Assembly (NCBI GenBank): GCA_030704615.1
Contig: CM060733.1
Span: forward strand, 66,960,001-67,024,000
Source: Takakia lepidozioides
Taxonomy: Eukaryota; Plantae; Bryophyta
DNA length: 64,000 bases
Reading direction: 5' to 3'
The notes below the pieces were generated by a model. That model saw only the letters and a program-made list of their open reading frames with translations. It had not been told where the DNA came from and searched no databases. The translations under genes were made by a program, and so were the position numbers. This document shows positions 1-12,469 of the stretch, piece after piece; the stretch's first letter is position 1; every line of letters begins with the position of its first letter.

Positions 1-220
1 CAAACACTCCAGGGCACATTTAAATTTCCCCCCTACAGGAACCTGCACGGATGAAGATTGGTTGCTCCATGAATGTAGCCGTTTCAGTTTCCTTCCCTGC
101 CATGCAAACTATGGGCAGTAAGTGCCAGGTGGGCCTATAGCCACTCGAGACGACGAAGTGTGGATGAGAAAGAGGTATCGGTTCATCCACCGCTGGCGTG
201 ATGAACACGTTACACGATGA

Positions 221-808
221 TTGGTGGGTACATGGGACCCAGATGCTCCATTATTGGATCCCGCACTGCTCTTCCGCTTCTCATCATTTCGAAAATCTAA
301 GGGCTTCGTTGTTGTCCGCAAGGTCATTGTCATCGGCATCAAAGACGTCCTCAGGTCCTCCTTTGCAAGGATGTCGTGCTTCCAGAACCGGGACGACTGC
401 CCTTATGGAGGCATCGATTATGCAATGTATTCGGCCACATCGGGAGACATCGTTATCTGGTACACAGTTTACACAGAAGATACTGGTTCGAATGTGGAAA
501 CATTGTCCGCTTTTGAGTATATCCCAGGCCACTACGCCTTCGAGCGGGGTGACAATCTTGGTCTGAGGAGTCTGTGGCTCCTGCGCATCCTTGATTCCAA
601 TTTTCCCAGCTATGACGGGCACCCATGCAGAAAAATGTGCACTGCTATGCTGTTGCGGTGGAACTGCTGCCAGTGGACGTGGGTGGACTCCATCGAAGAG
701 ACGTATACTCCTGAAGGAGTGCGCTCCTCTTCTCCATTGTCTGGGGACATTTGCATTGGTGTGGACGACGAACGTGAAGCTTTCCATATTCGATGGTGGT
801 ATGATTGA
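221..808 (+). CDS. Unknown ORF (195 aa) inside the end of a MULE-family element; possible cargo or accessory gene fragment
   Basis: Open frame with protein-like composition upstream of a family terminus at 1373; no motif recognised. Confidence 0.2.
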   Translation: MVGTWDPDAPLLDPALLFRFSSFRKSKGFVVVRKVIVIGIKDVLRSSFARMSCFQNRDDCPYGGIDYAMYSATSGDIVIWYTVYTEDTGSNVETLSAFEYIPGHYAFERGDNLGLRSLWLLRILDSNFPSYDGHPCRKMCTAMLLRWNCCQWTWVDSIEETYTPEGVRSSSPLSGDICIGVDDEREAFHIRWWYD

Positions 809-1259
809 AGGGCACGACATTGTGGTGAACATCAACAGGGGCGGTACAACGGCTGCAATCTCGTTTACCTGGAGGAGCCCGATGACTCATGAGCTAGTTT
901 TCAGCGCAGTCGAAGTCCCATTGACAACGTGACTTGTATTCAGAAGGCACAGGGCCAAAGATTTGTTTGCACAATCAGCACAGTAGACGTGCTTCAAATG
1001 CAATTCATGTGGATCAATAAAAACCCCATTGTGCCCTCTTTTTGTTCTATTATGTATCCATCGTTCCCAGAATGCATCATTCCTCATTTCGTTTGGGATT
1101 GGGAGTGTGGGTGGATTTTGCAAGTGGCTGGTAGGCTGAAATGGGCCCTCATTCTACAGAGCAGTACCACCCTACCATTCGCGAAACATTGCCTTTCAAT
1201 TTGGTAATTCTAAAAAACATTGCCGAACCTCCATCATCGGGAGGTCTTTCTCCCCCAAT

Positions 1260-1373
1260 GACCATGACACCCTCAACCCTATTCCCGCGGACACTCATTT
1301 CTGGAAAATAGTCCTGCTCATGTTTTTTTCGACACTTACGACTCCGCTCATGGCTCATGAAATAGCAGCCCCC
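1260..1373. mobile_element. Terminus of a MULE-family element (element C)
   Basis: CCGCTCATGGCTCATGAAATAGCAGCCCCC matches the element A end at 21493; subterminal CCCTATTCCCGCGGAC resembles 21385-21425. Confidence 0.7.
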
Positions 1374-1548
1374 TTTACCCAATACCCTATACCCTACCCT
1401 ATACCCAATGGCACCTTTCTTTAGTCGTTGCCGACTATGAGTACAATGTCTGAGTCCAATAGTCGGCGCCGACCACGAGCAACAACACTACTGCCGACTA
1501 CCGGAATGTTTGCCGACTACAACGAGCCTACATATTCTTTTTCGACCG

Positions 1549-2563
1549 CTACTTCCCACACCCAATTTGTTGTATGACATATGCGAAGGGTGGGTGAATT
1601 GCATTGACAATTATGTACCTGTACAGGAGCCTGCGAGCTGGTAAAGCTCCACCAGGCTGCTCAATAATTGGCCAACTGCGGGCAGGCCCATCCTTCATCT
1701 CGCACCAGAATAGCTCCTTCCAGAACTTGAGGCGGAAATCGTCCACCCAGACAGAGAGGGTCTTCAGAGTGGGAGCCTCTTCCTGGGTTGGCAGTTGCAA
1801 GAACCCTTTCTCAACCAACATGGCCAACTGCCGCTCTGCTTCCACCTTTTGCTGCGAGTCCACCACGTTAATTGTTAGAGATGAGAAATTGCAACAATAA
1901 CTGTAACATGAAGCCACCACCAGTATTGCCAACATCTTACCTGGAACCACCATGTCATTTTGTTGCACCACAAGCCAAACACCACATCTGTTGGAGCATG
2001 GGGGAATTTTCCATTTTTGCGGGTTGTCGAGTCAGAATTCCACAGCTTCAACCATAAAATCTTCTCCTTCGGGCTAACCTCGCTCGTGGCAAGCATCTGC
2101 AACTTCTCCAGAGTCATTTCCGGCTTCTGATTGACGGCAAGAGACTTGTAATGCGTGGTTATCTCAAAAAGAAAGCCAGTTCCCAGTGCAGGATCGCAGA
2201 TGGAAGAATATTTTGCGATTTTGGTGTACCACTTCGTCCTGTGCACCTTGAAATCGCTTGCCAGTTTCTTCCGGATGAGGTCGGTGTTCTCAGCGGTGGC
2301 AGGCAGGTGGGCATGGGCATCCAAGCAGGCGTTTCTAATTCTACCTAATCCCTCCTGACCCATATACTCTATTAGGGCGTCCCGCGGCATTGTCATTCAG
2401 TTCCCATCCCGCTTGTTCAAGCACTTCTCATAGAGAAGAGTTGACTGCTACTGCTCAACAGGTGTAGTTGCGTACTTCTGGAAGTAGAATAGCTTGTGCG
2501 GAAGCTCGTTGGACACATTTCCATGATCTGTCACGCTGCAAAACGCACGGAACAAGACCTTCA
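1549..2563 (-). pseudogene. Middle part of a divergent third paralog of the ParB-MTase accessory gene, interrupted by gypsy-1
   Basis: VTDHGNVSNELPHKLFY, KYSSICDPALGTGFL, KPEMTLEKL, WLKLWN, NKMTWWFQ and ARRLLYRYI align in order with genes A and B (VTENAF..LSHMLFR, KYVAIADPALGADFL, KPEMSMEKL, WLQIWN, RMTWWFQ, AMRLLYRY). Confidence 0.8.
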
Positions 2564-3290
2564 TGTCGTGGCCCTTTGCCTTGAGGGCAGGGGGTCGGGA
2601 CACATGAGGGGCTGCCCCTGTAGTGGGGGCATCGGCAGCGATAGGTATGGGGGGCTGAAGCACCCTTGAGTGCCCAAGGCACTCAAGGAGGCGGAGGCGC
2701 TCACTAGGTGGAGCCCCGCACACCGGGTTGCGGTGGGGGTGGCTCCACAAGGGGTGGTGGTAGCTTAGCGGGACTTAGTGGGGTGGCATGGATAGGACTC
2801 ACCATGGGGGCGGAGACCTCGTGGTGGGAGTCGTGGGGAGCCTTGGGACTCATCACGGTCCATAGGGGCCGTGATGAGTGGGCCAAGACTCACCGCGACT
2901 CATCACCGGGAGTCGAGGGTTTTCGTGGTGGTTCGCCATAAAATGGCATGGCTGGTTACGAAACCCCCGCGGACAGCTACAGAAGTATATATAGGGAGTA
3001 GTAACCCCGAGAACGGTGCAAGCCCGTTGGTGACCAAAAACTAATGAGTAAGCGAACGTCGGAAAGCGACCAAAGAGTGGGGAGCTGTTCCGGACTGCCA
3101 TCTACCAAAGGGAATTCTCCTAGTCCCAAATAGGTGGAGGGTTTAGAGGGAAGCGAAGGGGGACCGTTATGTCCCGGTGAGCAGCCGAAACTCCAAGTTG
3201 GCCCGGGCGGCCAGGTTGGGAGTCAGGCGCGCGCATCAAAGCGAGTAACTATGACTTGAAGGGGAGCTTACCGAAGTGAGGTGCGCGACA
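2564..3290 (+). repeat. 5' LTR of gypsy-1 (727 bp, TGTCG...CGACA)
   Basis: TG/CA ends, followed by a PBS; closely similar to the LTR at 51383-52109. Confidence 0.92.
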
Positions 3291-3292
3291 CT

Positions 3293-3304
3293 TGGTATCA
3301 GAGC
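3293..3304 (+). promoter_or_regulatory. Primer-binding site (tRNA-iMet)
   Basis: TGGTATCAGAGC, 2 nt after the LTR end. Confidence 0.92.
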
Positions 3305-3345
3305 TTAGAGTTCAGTACGTGATCGTCCTTGGGATTGGCCTCATC

Positions 3346-6300
3346 ATGGGGTCGGGCAAGCCAAAGCGAAAGCGGAACGGCCCAAAAGATGATGATCCTG
3401 GTGAGCCCGATGGGGGCGACGTGTCACCGAGGCGGCTGTTTGAGGAAGCGATGAATGTTTCCGAAAATGAGGCCGCTCAAGAGCGGGAGGAATCCGAGGA
3501 GTCGGAGCCCGAGGAATCCTTGAGAGCTCCGACAAACCAAGAGATGCCTCCCATGCCGGCAGCCTTTTGGGAAGGGTTGTTGGGCGCAGTTTGGCGGGAC
3601 GTTGAAAGACGTGTTGAAAGGCGGCTAATGCCACTTCCACTAAGGCAAAGTTTAAGGTGAAGCCTAAGGAACCCGGCACCTTCGAGGGTGTTCGAAATCG
3701 GAAGGCACTCAACACCTGGCTCCTGGAGCTAGAGCAGTACTTCCGGGCGGCCAAGTTGAGTGACGAGGATCGGGTGGAAGTGGCTCCCACCTATTTGAGG
3801 GGCTATGCTCAACAATGGTAGCAGAAACGCCTTCACGACCGAGGCCCAAGCCCGGAAACCTTGAACTGGAGTGGGTTCAAGGAATTGATGAAGAGACAGT
3901 TTGTGCCCCTCAACGCGTCCTGGCTTGCCCGGGACAAGATGAGGAATTTGAAGCAAACAGATGACATTCGGGGGTATGTCCAGGCTTTCAATGTGCTGTT
4001 GCTCGAAGTCGCGGACATGGCAGAACCAGAAATGGTCTTCAACTTTGTGGCGGACTGGCCCCATGGGCCAGGCGGAAGTTGGAGGAGAAGCCACCCAAGA
4101 CTTTGAACGAGGCAATTGAGAGGGCTGAATGTTTCTCAGATGTCCCTAGGGGTGAGAGACAAGGCCGTACGGAGCTGAACCACAAGAAGACCCGGCGGGA
4201 AGGTGACTCCTTCCGACCGGAAAAGAAGTGGGATAGGCCACACGGCGATAATGGCACGTGGAAATCGAAGGGAGGGCCTTCACACGTCAAGGCGGCACCC
4301 GGTGCTTCGAAAGGAAAAGCGGGTGGAGCGGCTTATGGCGGACAGAAGGCGACCTTTGATGGAGTGTTTTTCAATTGCGGGGAGCCCGGGCACATGGCCA
4401 AGAAGTGCACGAAGCCCCGCAATTGAACATGACTCGGGCGACCACAGAGCTATCGGAAGATACCATCAGTCGCTGGTGGAAGCGGTGGTCGCCAGGACTT
4501 GCAAGGTAGGCAATTTTCTTGTGAGTTGTATCAGGAAACTGGCGCCTTACGTAAAGGGAGTCAGTTATTGTTCGTGGATGGGATAATATCCGGAACTAAC
4601 GTGTCATTGTTGGTGGACACAGGAGCGTCGCACTCCTTCATGACACCGGCAACAGCACAAAAGTTGGGACTCCCGACAAGTGACGTGGGGGCCTCTATTG
4701 AGGTGCGTTTGCCAAAGAGAACCGCAATTGGCGACAAGGTTGGCGTTTGATGTTCCTCTTCAACTGGGGAGTTGGGAGGGACGTGAGAACTTCACCATTT
4801 GCGAGATCGATGGAGTGGATCTCATTTTGGGGATGACCTTAGCAAATCCGGAGCGGTCATAGATGGCCGCAAGAGAGTAGTCACGCTGCCATGTGGGAAT
4901 GGTGGCGAGGTCTTACGAGTGTCGGAAACGCCCAAATCCGTGGGAGGGCAAATAAACCTTCTGTCAGCAAGGGAGTGGGCCGTGGAGGAGGCACACGAAC
5001 CCCAGTTTTTGCTTTACATTAGAGAAGTGAAGGGAGAAGGCGATGGGGAGCCGAGCCCAGATTGGATCAAGGGGATTTTGGAGAAATACCAGGATGTGAT
5101 GCCGGAGGATTTACCAAGCGGCTTGCCACCGCGAAGAGGAGTTGACCACAAGATTGAGGTGATACCGGGGATCGGAACCGCCTGCCAAGGCGCCCTACCG
5201 GTTGAGCCACAGAGAGTTGGTCGAGCTGAAGACTCAGCTCAAGGATCTAATGTCAAAGGGGTACATCCGGCCGAGTAAGTCACCTTACGGAGCCCCGGTG
5301 CTATTCGCAGACAAGAAGGATGGGACGCTGCGGATGTGTGTCGATTACAGGGCTCTGGATAAGGTGACTATCAAAAACCGGTACCCTTTGCCAAGGATCG
5401 ACGACCTCTTTGATCGGTTGGCAGGAGCGAAGTATTTCAGCCGGATCGACTTGCGCTCCGGCTATCATCAAATTCGGGTGGCGGAAGGAGATGAGGAGAG
5501 GAGAAGCGCCGCGTGCAGGACAAGGTATGGTTCATATGAGTTCTTGGTGATGCCTTTTGGGCTCACCAATGCACCAGCAACCTTTAGCACGCTGATGAAC
5601 AGCCCTTTTTCAGGAGTGGTTGGATGACTTTATGATCGTGTACATCGACGACATCTTGGTGTACTCGAAAACAAAGGAGGAGCACCTGGAGCACCTCAAA
5701 AGGGTGTTCCAAAAGTTGCGGGAAGGGAAGCTGTACGCCAAAGCTTCAAAGTGCGAATTCGGGGTCACGAAAGTGGAGTTCTTGGGGCATGTGATTACAC
5801 AGGATGGAATCAAAATCGATGACAGAAAGGTGAGGGCGATCTTGGACTGGGAGCCTCCGACTTCGGTCCCGGGAGTGCGATCCTTCCTAGGACTCGCCTC
5901 CTATTACCGGAAGTATGTGAGAAATTTCGCCAAGATCGCGGGGCCGCTGTCGGACCTTCTGTGTAAATCCAAAGTCTGGGTATGGAACACATTTTGTGGC
6001 CAAGCTTTTGCTGAATTGAAGCAGCGGATGGCGGAAGCTCCAGTCTTGAAAATCCCGGAGTTCGATCGTCCATTTGAGATTCATACAGATGCGTCGGACT
6101 TCGCGATTGGGGGTGTACTTATGCAAGATGGACGTCCAGTGGCTTACGAAAGTAAGAAACTGAATGAAGTGGAGCGACGGTGGCCGACGCACGAAAAAGA
6201 GATGAAGGCGGTGGTGCATTGCCTTGAGCTTTGGCGCCACTATGTTGGTTCCAACCCAGTGAAGGTGTTCACGGACAATGTCACGGTGAAGTATTTTGCC

Positions 6301-7959
6301 ACGCAGCCCAAGTTGTCCCCAAAACAACTTAGGTGGCAAGATACTTTGGCGGTGTTTGACGTGGATATCCAGTACAAACCGGGACAAGACAACGTGGTGG
6401 CCGATGCTTTAAGTAGAAAACAGCAGCTCTTGTTGGTGTACAAGGGCGAGACGGCGCTCCAAAGGAAGATCCAAAAGGCTTGCCGGAAGGATGAGCTGGC
6501 GAAGTCCGTGATGCAGGACTTGAGGATGGGGGTTAAATCGCAGTTCCACTTGCAAAATGGACTGCTCCGGTATAAGCAAAAAGCGTCTCTACGTGCCAAA
6601 GGGAGGGATCAGAGATAGCCTCTTGAGAGAATGCCATGATAGCCCGCTTGCGGGCCACGGCGGAGCCAAGCGCACTGCGGCACTCTTGAAGAAAGAGTAT
6701 TTCTGGCCCAAACTGAGGGAGGAGGCAGAGGAGTATGTCAAGACATGCACCACATGCCAACAAAACCGGAGCGAGTACAAAAGCAAGCGGGGCTGTTACA
6801 ACCCTTGCCGATTCCAGAGGGGACTTGGGAAAGCGTCTCGATGGATTTCATGACTGCTATGCCGCTGTCAAAAGGATTTGATGCAATCATGGTGTGGTGG
6901 ATAGGTTCAGTAAAATGGGCCATTTCATCCCCACCAAGGAGACGGCAACGGCGCAGGAGACAGGGCGACTTTACTTCGCCCACGTCTTAAAGCATCATGG
7001 AGTCCCTAAGGATATTGTCTCGGATCGCGATCCAAAGTTTACGAGTAAATTTTGGAGGACACTTTGGAAGAAGATGGGGACGAGGCTGAAGATGAGAACC
7101 GCCTTCCGACCTACGACCGACGGCCAAACAGAAAGGTGAATTCCGTAGTGAAGCAGATCTTGCGGAATTACGTGTCGGTAGACCAAACAGACTGGGTGGA
7201 ACACTTAGACGCGGCAGAGTTCTGTTATAATAACACAGAACACTCCGCAACGGGAGTTTCCCCTTTCGTATTGGTCTATGGAAAAGCACCTCTGGTGCCG
7301 ACAAGTTGGGCCGCCCAGGACATTGAGGAACCGGCAGTAGCGGCGGTACTGGAAGAACGCGAGCGTTTGTTGCTCGCAAAGTACAACATTGCCAAAGCCA
7401 GGAAACGGTATGAAAGGCAGGCGAATCTGAAGCGGAGGGAAGTGAAGTTTGAGGCAGGCACAGAGGTCTGGTTGAACATCAAGAATTTCCGACTACCTCC
7501 GGAAGTGAGTCCGAAGTTCGTACCTCCGTATGCGGGACCCCTTTCGCATTCGAAGGTTATGAATGAGGATGTGTATGATTGGAGCTGCCGGCAAAACGGC
7601 AAGGTGCACCCAGTATTCCATGTCTCCCTTTTGAAGCCTTACTTCAAAAGATGAAGCGCGTCCGAATCATCAAGTGTTGCGTCCCGCCACCTATGCTGTT
7701 GGATCATGAAAATGAACCTGAGTACGAGGTGGAGGCAATACTTAAGTCGAGGAGGTTCAAGAACCGAGAAACGGAGTATCTCGTCAAATGGAAGGGCTAT
7801 CATCATCATGTGGAGGCATCTTGGGTGCGTGCCTCAGAAATGGGAAACGCATCCGAGGCGGTTGCAGCTTTCGAAGGGCGACCTCAAAAGCGGAAGAACG
7901 TTGATGGGGACATCAACCTTGGAGCGTGTGGGAGGAAATGCATGCTAGCCCCGGCTTAG
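3346..7959 (+). pseudogene. gag-pol polyprotein with many frameshifts
   Basis: Consecutive ORF fragments in PR-RT-RH-IN-CHD order. Confidence 0.9.
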
Positions 7960-8161
7960 CTAGCTTAGGAATCCGATTACAAAAACTTGTATTGTACAAA
8001 AATTTGTTATAAAGGAAATGGGTTCCAAATGTTGTGCGTCCTATTTGTTTGGAATGGTGATGCATGGTCTGGTGTTGCTATTGTGTAGATCCATGCTAGC
8101 TTATAAAAGTGGGAGAGGCAAATTGGGTTAATCGTGTATTTTCTTATGCCGAAATCGGGTA

Positions 8162-8661
8162 NNNNNNNNNNNNNNNNNNNNNNNNNNNNNNNNNNNNNNN
8201 NNNNNNNNNNNNNNNNNNNNNNNNNNNNNNNNNNNNNNNNNNNNNNNNNNNNNNNNNNNNNNNNNNNNNNNNNNNNNNNNNNNNNNNNNNNNNNNNNNNN
8301 NNNNNNNNNNNNNNNNNNNNNNNNNNNNNNNNNNNNNNNNNNNNNNNNNNNNNNNNNNNNNNNNNNNNNNNNNNNNNNNNNNNNNNNNNNNNNNNNNNNN
8401 NNNNNNNNNNNNNNNNNNNNNNNNNNNNNNNNNNNNNNNNNNNNNNNNNNNNNNNNNNNNNNNNNNNNNNNNNNNNNNNNNNNNNNNNNNNNNNNNNNNN
8501 NNNNNNNNNNNNNNNNNNNNNNNNNNNNNNNNNNNNNNNNNNNNNNNNNNNNNNNNNNNNNNNNNNNNNNNNNNNNNNNNNNNNNNNNNNNNNNNNNNNN
8601 NNNNNNNNNNNNNNNNNNNNNNNNNNNNNNNNNNNNNNNNNNNNNNNNNNNNNNNNNNNNN
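8162..8661. other. Assembly gap (500 N)
   Basis: Run of N; the ORFs spanning it are artefacts. Confidence 1.
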
Positions 8662-11600
8662 CTCTTCAGGTAAATGTAATACAGATGCTTGCACGGATAA
8701 TACTTCGAACCCTTCTTTGCTTCCATCAACGAAAGTCCGTACAGTTGCAAGTCGGCTCCACTCCAAATCGTTATTGTGTATACATCGTCGCGTACAGCCG
8801 AGCCGGCCGTTGCCATCCGATACACACGCCCAAGCCGGGTGGTGGGGGTACGTCCACGGAGCTCTGAATAGTGCAAGCCATCCCAAGAGCATTGGCAATC
8901 CGAGTCTCATTCAACTTGTTGGGAGGGTGTCGTCTCTTCACTCTTCCGAATCGCATTGTGGGATGTGCAGAATTGTCCAATCCGTCTCTACTGGACCGAG
9001 CAGTCTGCAATGGCTGGGTCTGAGGAACCGGAAATGCGTGGGCCGGGATGTCTGTGCGTTGCACCATTCGAAATCCTGCTGCAGATAGAGCATCCGCCTC
9101 ATTCTGAGAGAGGCTGCAACCCGGTGCAACAGGCCAGACGCCCGGAGGCTCCGGCATTCCCTGAATCCCGTACTTGGGCTTGCCAAATACACAGGTCATT
9201 ATGTCGTGCCTACAGAACCAAAATGTCTGCGTTGTGGCGTGAGCAAATGTGGGAGTCAAAAATCTGCCGCTGAAACAAGGTGCAGGTACAGCACCGTGTG
9301 GGTTCCTCCGAATCATCTCACCACAGCGTGCTCTCGTATCCACCCGGGATGGCGCAACACTTCCCTCGAAATGCCGGTAATGATCCTCGCAATTCTCCAC
9401 TGTGACTCCGACACTCTTGTCTCCACAAATGGAATGTTGTTATTGCTTTACTACAGATGGCTCGTATGTTGCCGGGGCACGCGCCCTGTGCTCAAAGGAG
9501 ATGGCGATCTTGAACGTGCAGGACTTCCGGTGCTCGACGAGACCTCCTCGGACAACATCACCGGACCACGAGGGAGCGTGCGAATATTCTTGTCAGCTCG
9601 CCATGAATCCTCTTCTCCGCCAGGTGCCTCGTCAAGTCTTCGTCTCACTGGACGGTTATGAACATCTCCTTCCAAATGTTGGCCTCTTCGCAGCAATGGC
9701 GTGTCCCGAAGGCCCTCTCGCAAGGCCGCCGCCCACTTCCGAGGATTCTTCGATCTGGAGGCAGTCCGCATCAGCATTTCCTGCCTGTCCGGCCCCAAGC
9801 CCCACTGTTTCCCTTTCAAGAACTCGTTGTACCTGCATTGCTGCATAATTGACCTCACAATGTCCTCCGTTGTGGCAGTGAGGATGTCCACCAGATGCGC
9901 CGCAGAGGAGGCACGCCAGGAGAGTGCACTGATTCGGCCATGTTTGTCGTGGGCATGTCGGTGTCGGAGTCGAGACACATTTCCTGCACAAGCACATGTT
10001 CAGGTTACAAGCAAGTTACAAATATGGCCAAGAATAATATCCAACGGGACGCGAATTCGTGCAACTCACCTCCCGCATATAGTCGCCGAACTGGAGGAAA
10101 CGATAATGCCACCATGCTAGCCAACTGACCATTGCTCCTTCGTCTGATTTCCTTACAGCACCTGACGATGTCCACCAAGCCCGTATGCATGCAAACTGTG
10201 TCTCTGCATCATCCAAGGTGGGAGCGCGCTTCCACGCAAGGCACATGGAACGGTGCTCCTCTCTGAAATCTGGCGCCACGAGCCTGGTTGTGTACTGCGA
10301 AAGGCTCTGCAGAAAATGGAACCCACAAGATCTCTCCTTGCCTTCCATGGGAACATTGGGGTCTTGCCCGTACACCCTTCGGATGGCAGCCCAATTTGCT
10401 TGTGCGTTGTCCGCCATGAAACCACGGAAATTGGGAGGGGGCAATCCCGCCTTGGCCATCTGTTCGTTTATTCCCTGCCAAAGAAGCATCTCCGATTGTG
10501 TGTCCTCTCCTTCATCTCACAAATAGCAATTGTCATTAGCATCCTGCAGTGGGTGTCGTAGACATGTGCACCCATTGTCACCCACTGGTGATTTGTAATT
10601 CGCTTGATATGGTCGAACATGACCCAACTGTTTGACAAGTTCCCACTCGTCATCCTGTCGACCAGTTCGACGCCACTGCCAGGTCCACACGTGGACATTT
10701 TGAATACGAAACAACGATCTGCCTCAGTCCCTTGTCCTGGAAACCTACTTCCATGAATGTAGTCATATCCACATCGTCGCTTCACCTCCAGAATGGAGTG
10801 CATATCCGAGCCACGCCCAATTTTCTGTTTGCATGAGACAATGTGGTTTCGGACATTCGGTGAACATACGTGGGACACCGACTCCAGCAATGCCTCCATT
10901 TCCTTCTCATCGAGAGGAACTCTATCGGAGCCGTCTTCCGACATAATTCTGGCCAATGCCATCTTATGGGCGGCTTGGAGCTGTATCTGTTTGGGTTTGG
11001 CACCCGGTCTCAACTTAACCTCCTCCTGAACGAGCTGCTCTGCTTCGTGGGCAGCCTCCCGCGAGTTCCCCCTCGCCAATTTGTGACAATGGGAACCAAC
11101 GTGTATGCAAGCTCGGGTGAGGTCAGGGAAACGGGTTTGCAACACATAGAACTGCTTGGCATTACAAACAGACATGCAGTGTGGTGGTTCTTTGCAATGC
11201 GCACACTTAAATGTGGAGTTTGGAACTTCTCCTGAGCTCGAAATGGTTGGTGAGCTGTGCCTGTCCAATCGGTCTCGTTCCTGTCGATCGGTCTCCGTTC
11301 CTGTGACCTCGTTTATTAAGTGGAAAGCATTTGGGGAGGAACAACCGCAACTGCGCCCGCAACAAACAACGTAGCGCACCCGCACACCATCAGCATCTTC
11401 ATGCTGGTGGTTTTGGGTAACGCACCAAGGATGACCGTCATGTTTTCTATCCATATCTGTCACATCCGGACGCCCTCGAGTAGTCGCCCGAGGAGGGACT
11501 CAAAGAAGATATTACCGTCGACGTCGGCGGGAAGGCATGTAACCGATTTAATTGCGAACTTGCTGTAGTCCAGCCCGGCCAGCTCCGACCGGTGTCCTCC

Positions 11601-12178
11601 GGTGAAGCCCTCGCAGAATTTCTAGAATAGATCGAACTGCGGTGCTCGTGCTGGGAATATGAACTCCCTCCTCCACTGACGTCCATTGAGGACTTGCCTG
11701 ATCTCCAGGACGACCTCGGAACTTCCATGACCTCGTCTGAGTCGGACAGGTTGTGAACAACCCGGTTCTCGGTCGTCTTCATGGATGGGTTCGGCTCTGA
11801 TTAACTTCGTTGCGGACTTCTCTCTTTGGAGGTACCCACTCTCTGATTCGCGGATTGTTTCGTGGAAGGCGCCAGGATAGACGGTGCATTTGGCGGGCAA
11901 ATGAAGTCCCCACAGCCCCTGTATATGACGCTGTCCGATGGTGGAACTCGCCATTCCCTGCCATCGCCGAAATCATCGTGGAGCACAACAATACTCTCGA
12001 CAACAAGGCCGTTTGAGTCCTTCCTTTCCTCCTCCAAAAAAACCGACCCCGGTTTCAGGTGGTATCGAACGCACAGATAATTTCTCCATCCCCCCGGCAG
12101 GTGTCCCCTCTGCACGGAAATGAAGCTCTATGCTCGTGAGGAGGGCAGTACACTGTTAGCGCTCGGGTTTTCCGCCAT
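8662..12178 (-). pseudogene. MULE transposase A (GCM-like Zn domain, DDE, SWIM), frameshifted, one intron at about 9984-10069
   Basis: DGHPW..C..C..CIHVGSHCH; WVMFDHIKR; GFMADNAQAN..ERSCGFH (CxxH); NMAESVH-type Glu motif on the minus strand; YYPCKHLYY SWIM end. Confidence 0.88.
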
Positions 12179-12469
12179 GGGAGATGTGCACACAAGACTG
12201 CCAGGATGGCGTGCGGGGAAGCTCCTGGTAGAAGGGGGTGCAGCGATGGGAATGAATGCGATGCCGATTTTTCCGAGCGACGAAGCCTGATCCAAATCCA
12301 GGGAGCCAACTATCTCAAAAATCCAGTCAGAGTGTTAATGAACCTTGTCTCCGGAATGCGGCCCCTGGTCTTTGCGCAATAACTGCCAACGGTATGCAGT
12401 CAGAAAGTGGGGGCCGTCCGGATGATGACGGCTGAAGGGGAGAAGCCGGCACCGTGCCCTCACATTACT

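Larger units (their letters stand above)
2564..8161 (+). mobile_element. Ty3/gypsy chromovirus LTR retrotransposon (gypsy-1); 3' end lost in the gap
   Basis: Gag zinc knuckle (CGEPGHMAKKC), protease LVDTGASHSF, RT YIDDIL, RNase H TDAS, integrase HHCC/SDRD/GPY-F, chromodomain EYEVEAIL...YLVKWKGY. Confidence 0.95.

Noticed and set aside
1374-1412. TACCC repeats as telomere sequence
   Set aside because: Short, irregular and not TTTAGGG-type.
3346-7959. Programmed frameshifting in gag-pol
   Set aside because: The frameshifts differ between the two copies, indicating decay or sequencing indels.
8007-8910. Long ORFs across the N run
   Set aside because: Gap artefacts.
8662-12178. KDZ/Zisupton or CACTA transposase
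   Set aside because: The D...D-x-CxxH...N..E pattern plus SWIM fits Mutator better.
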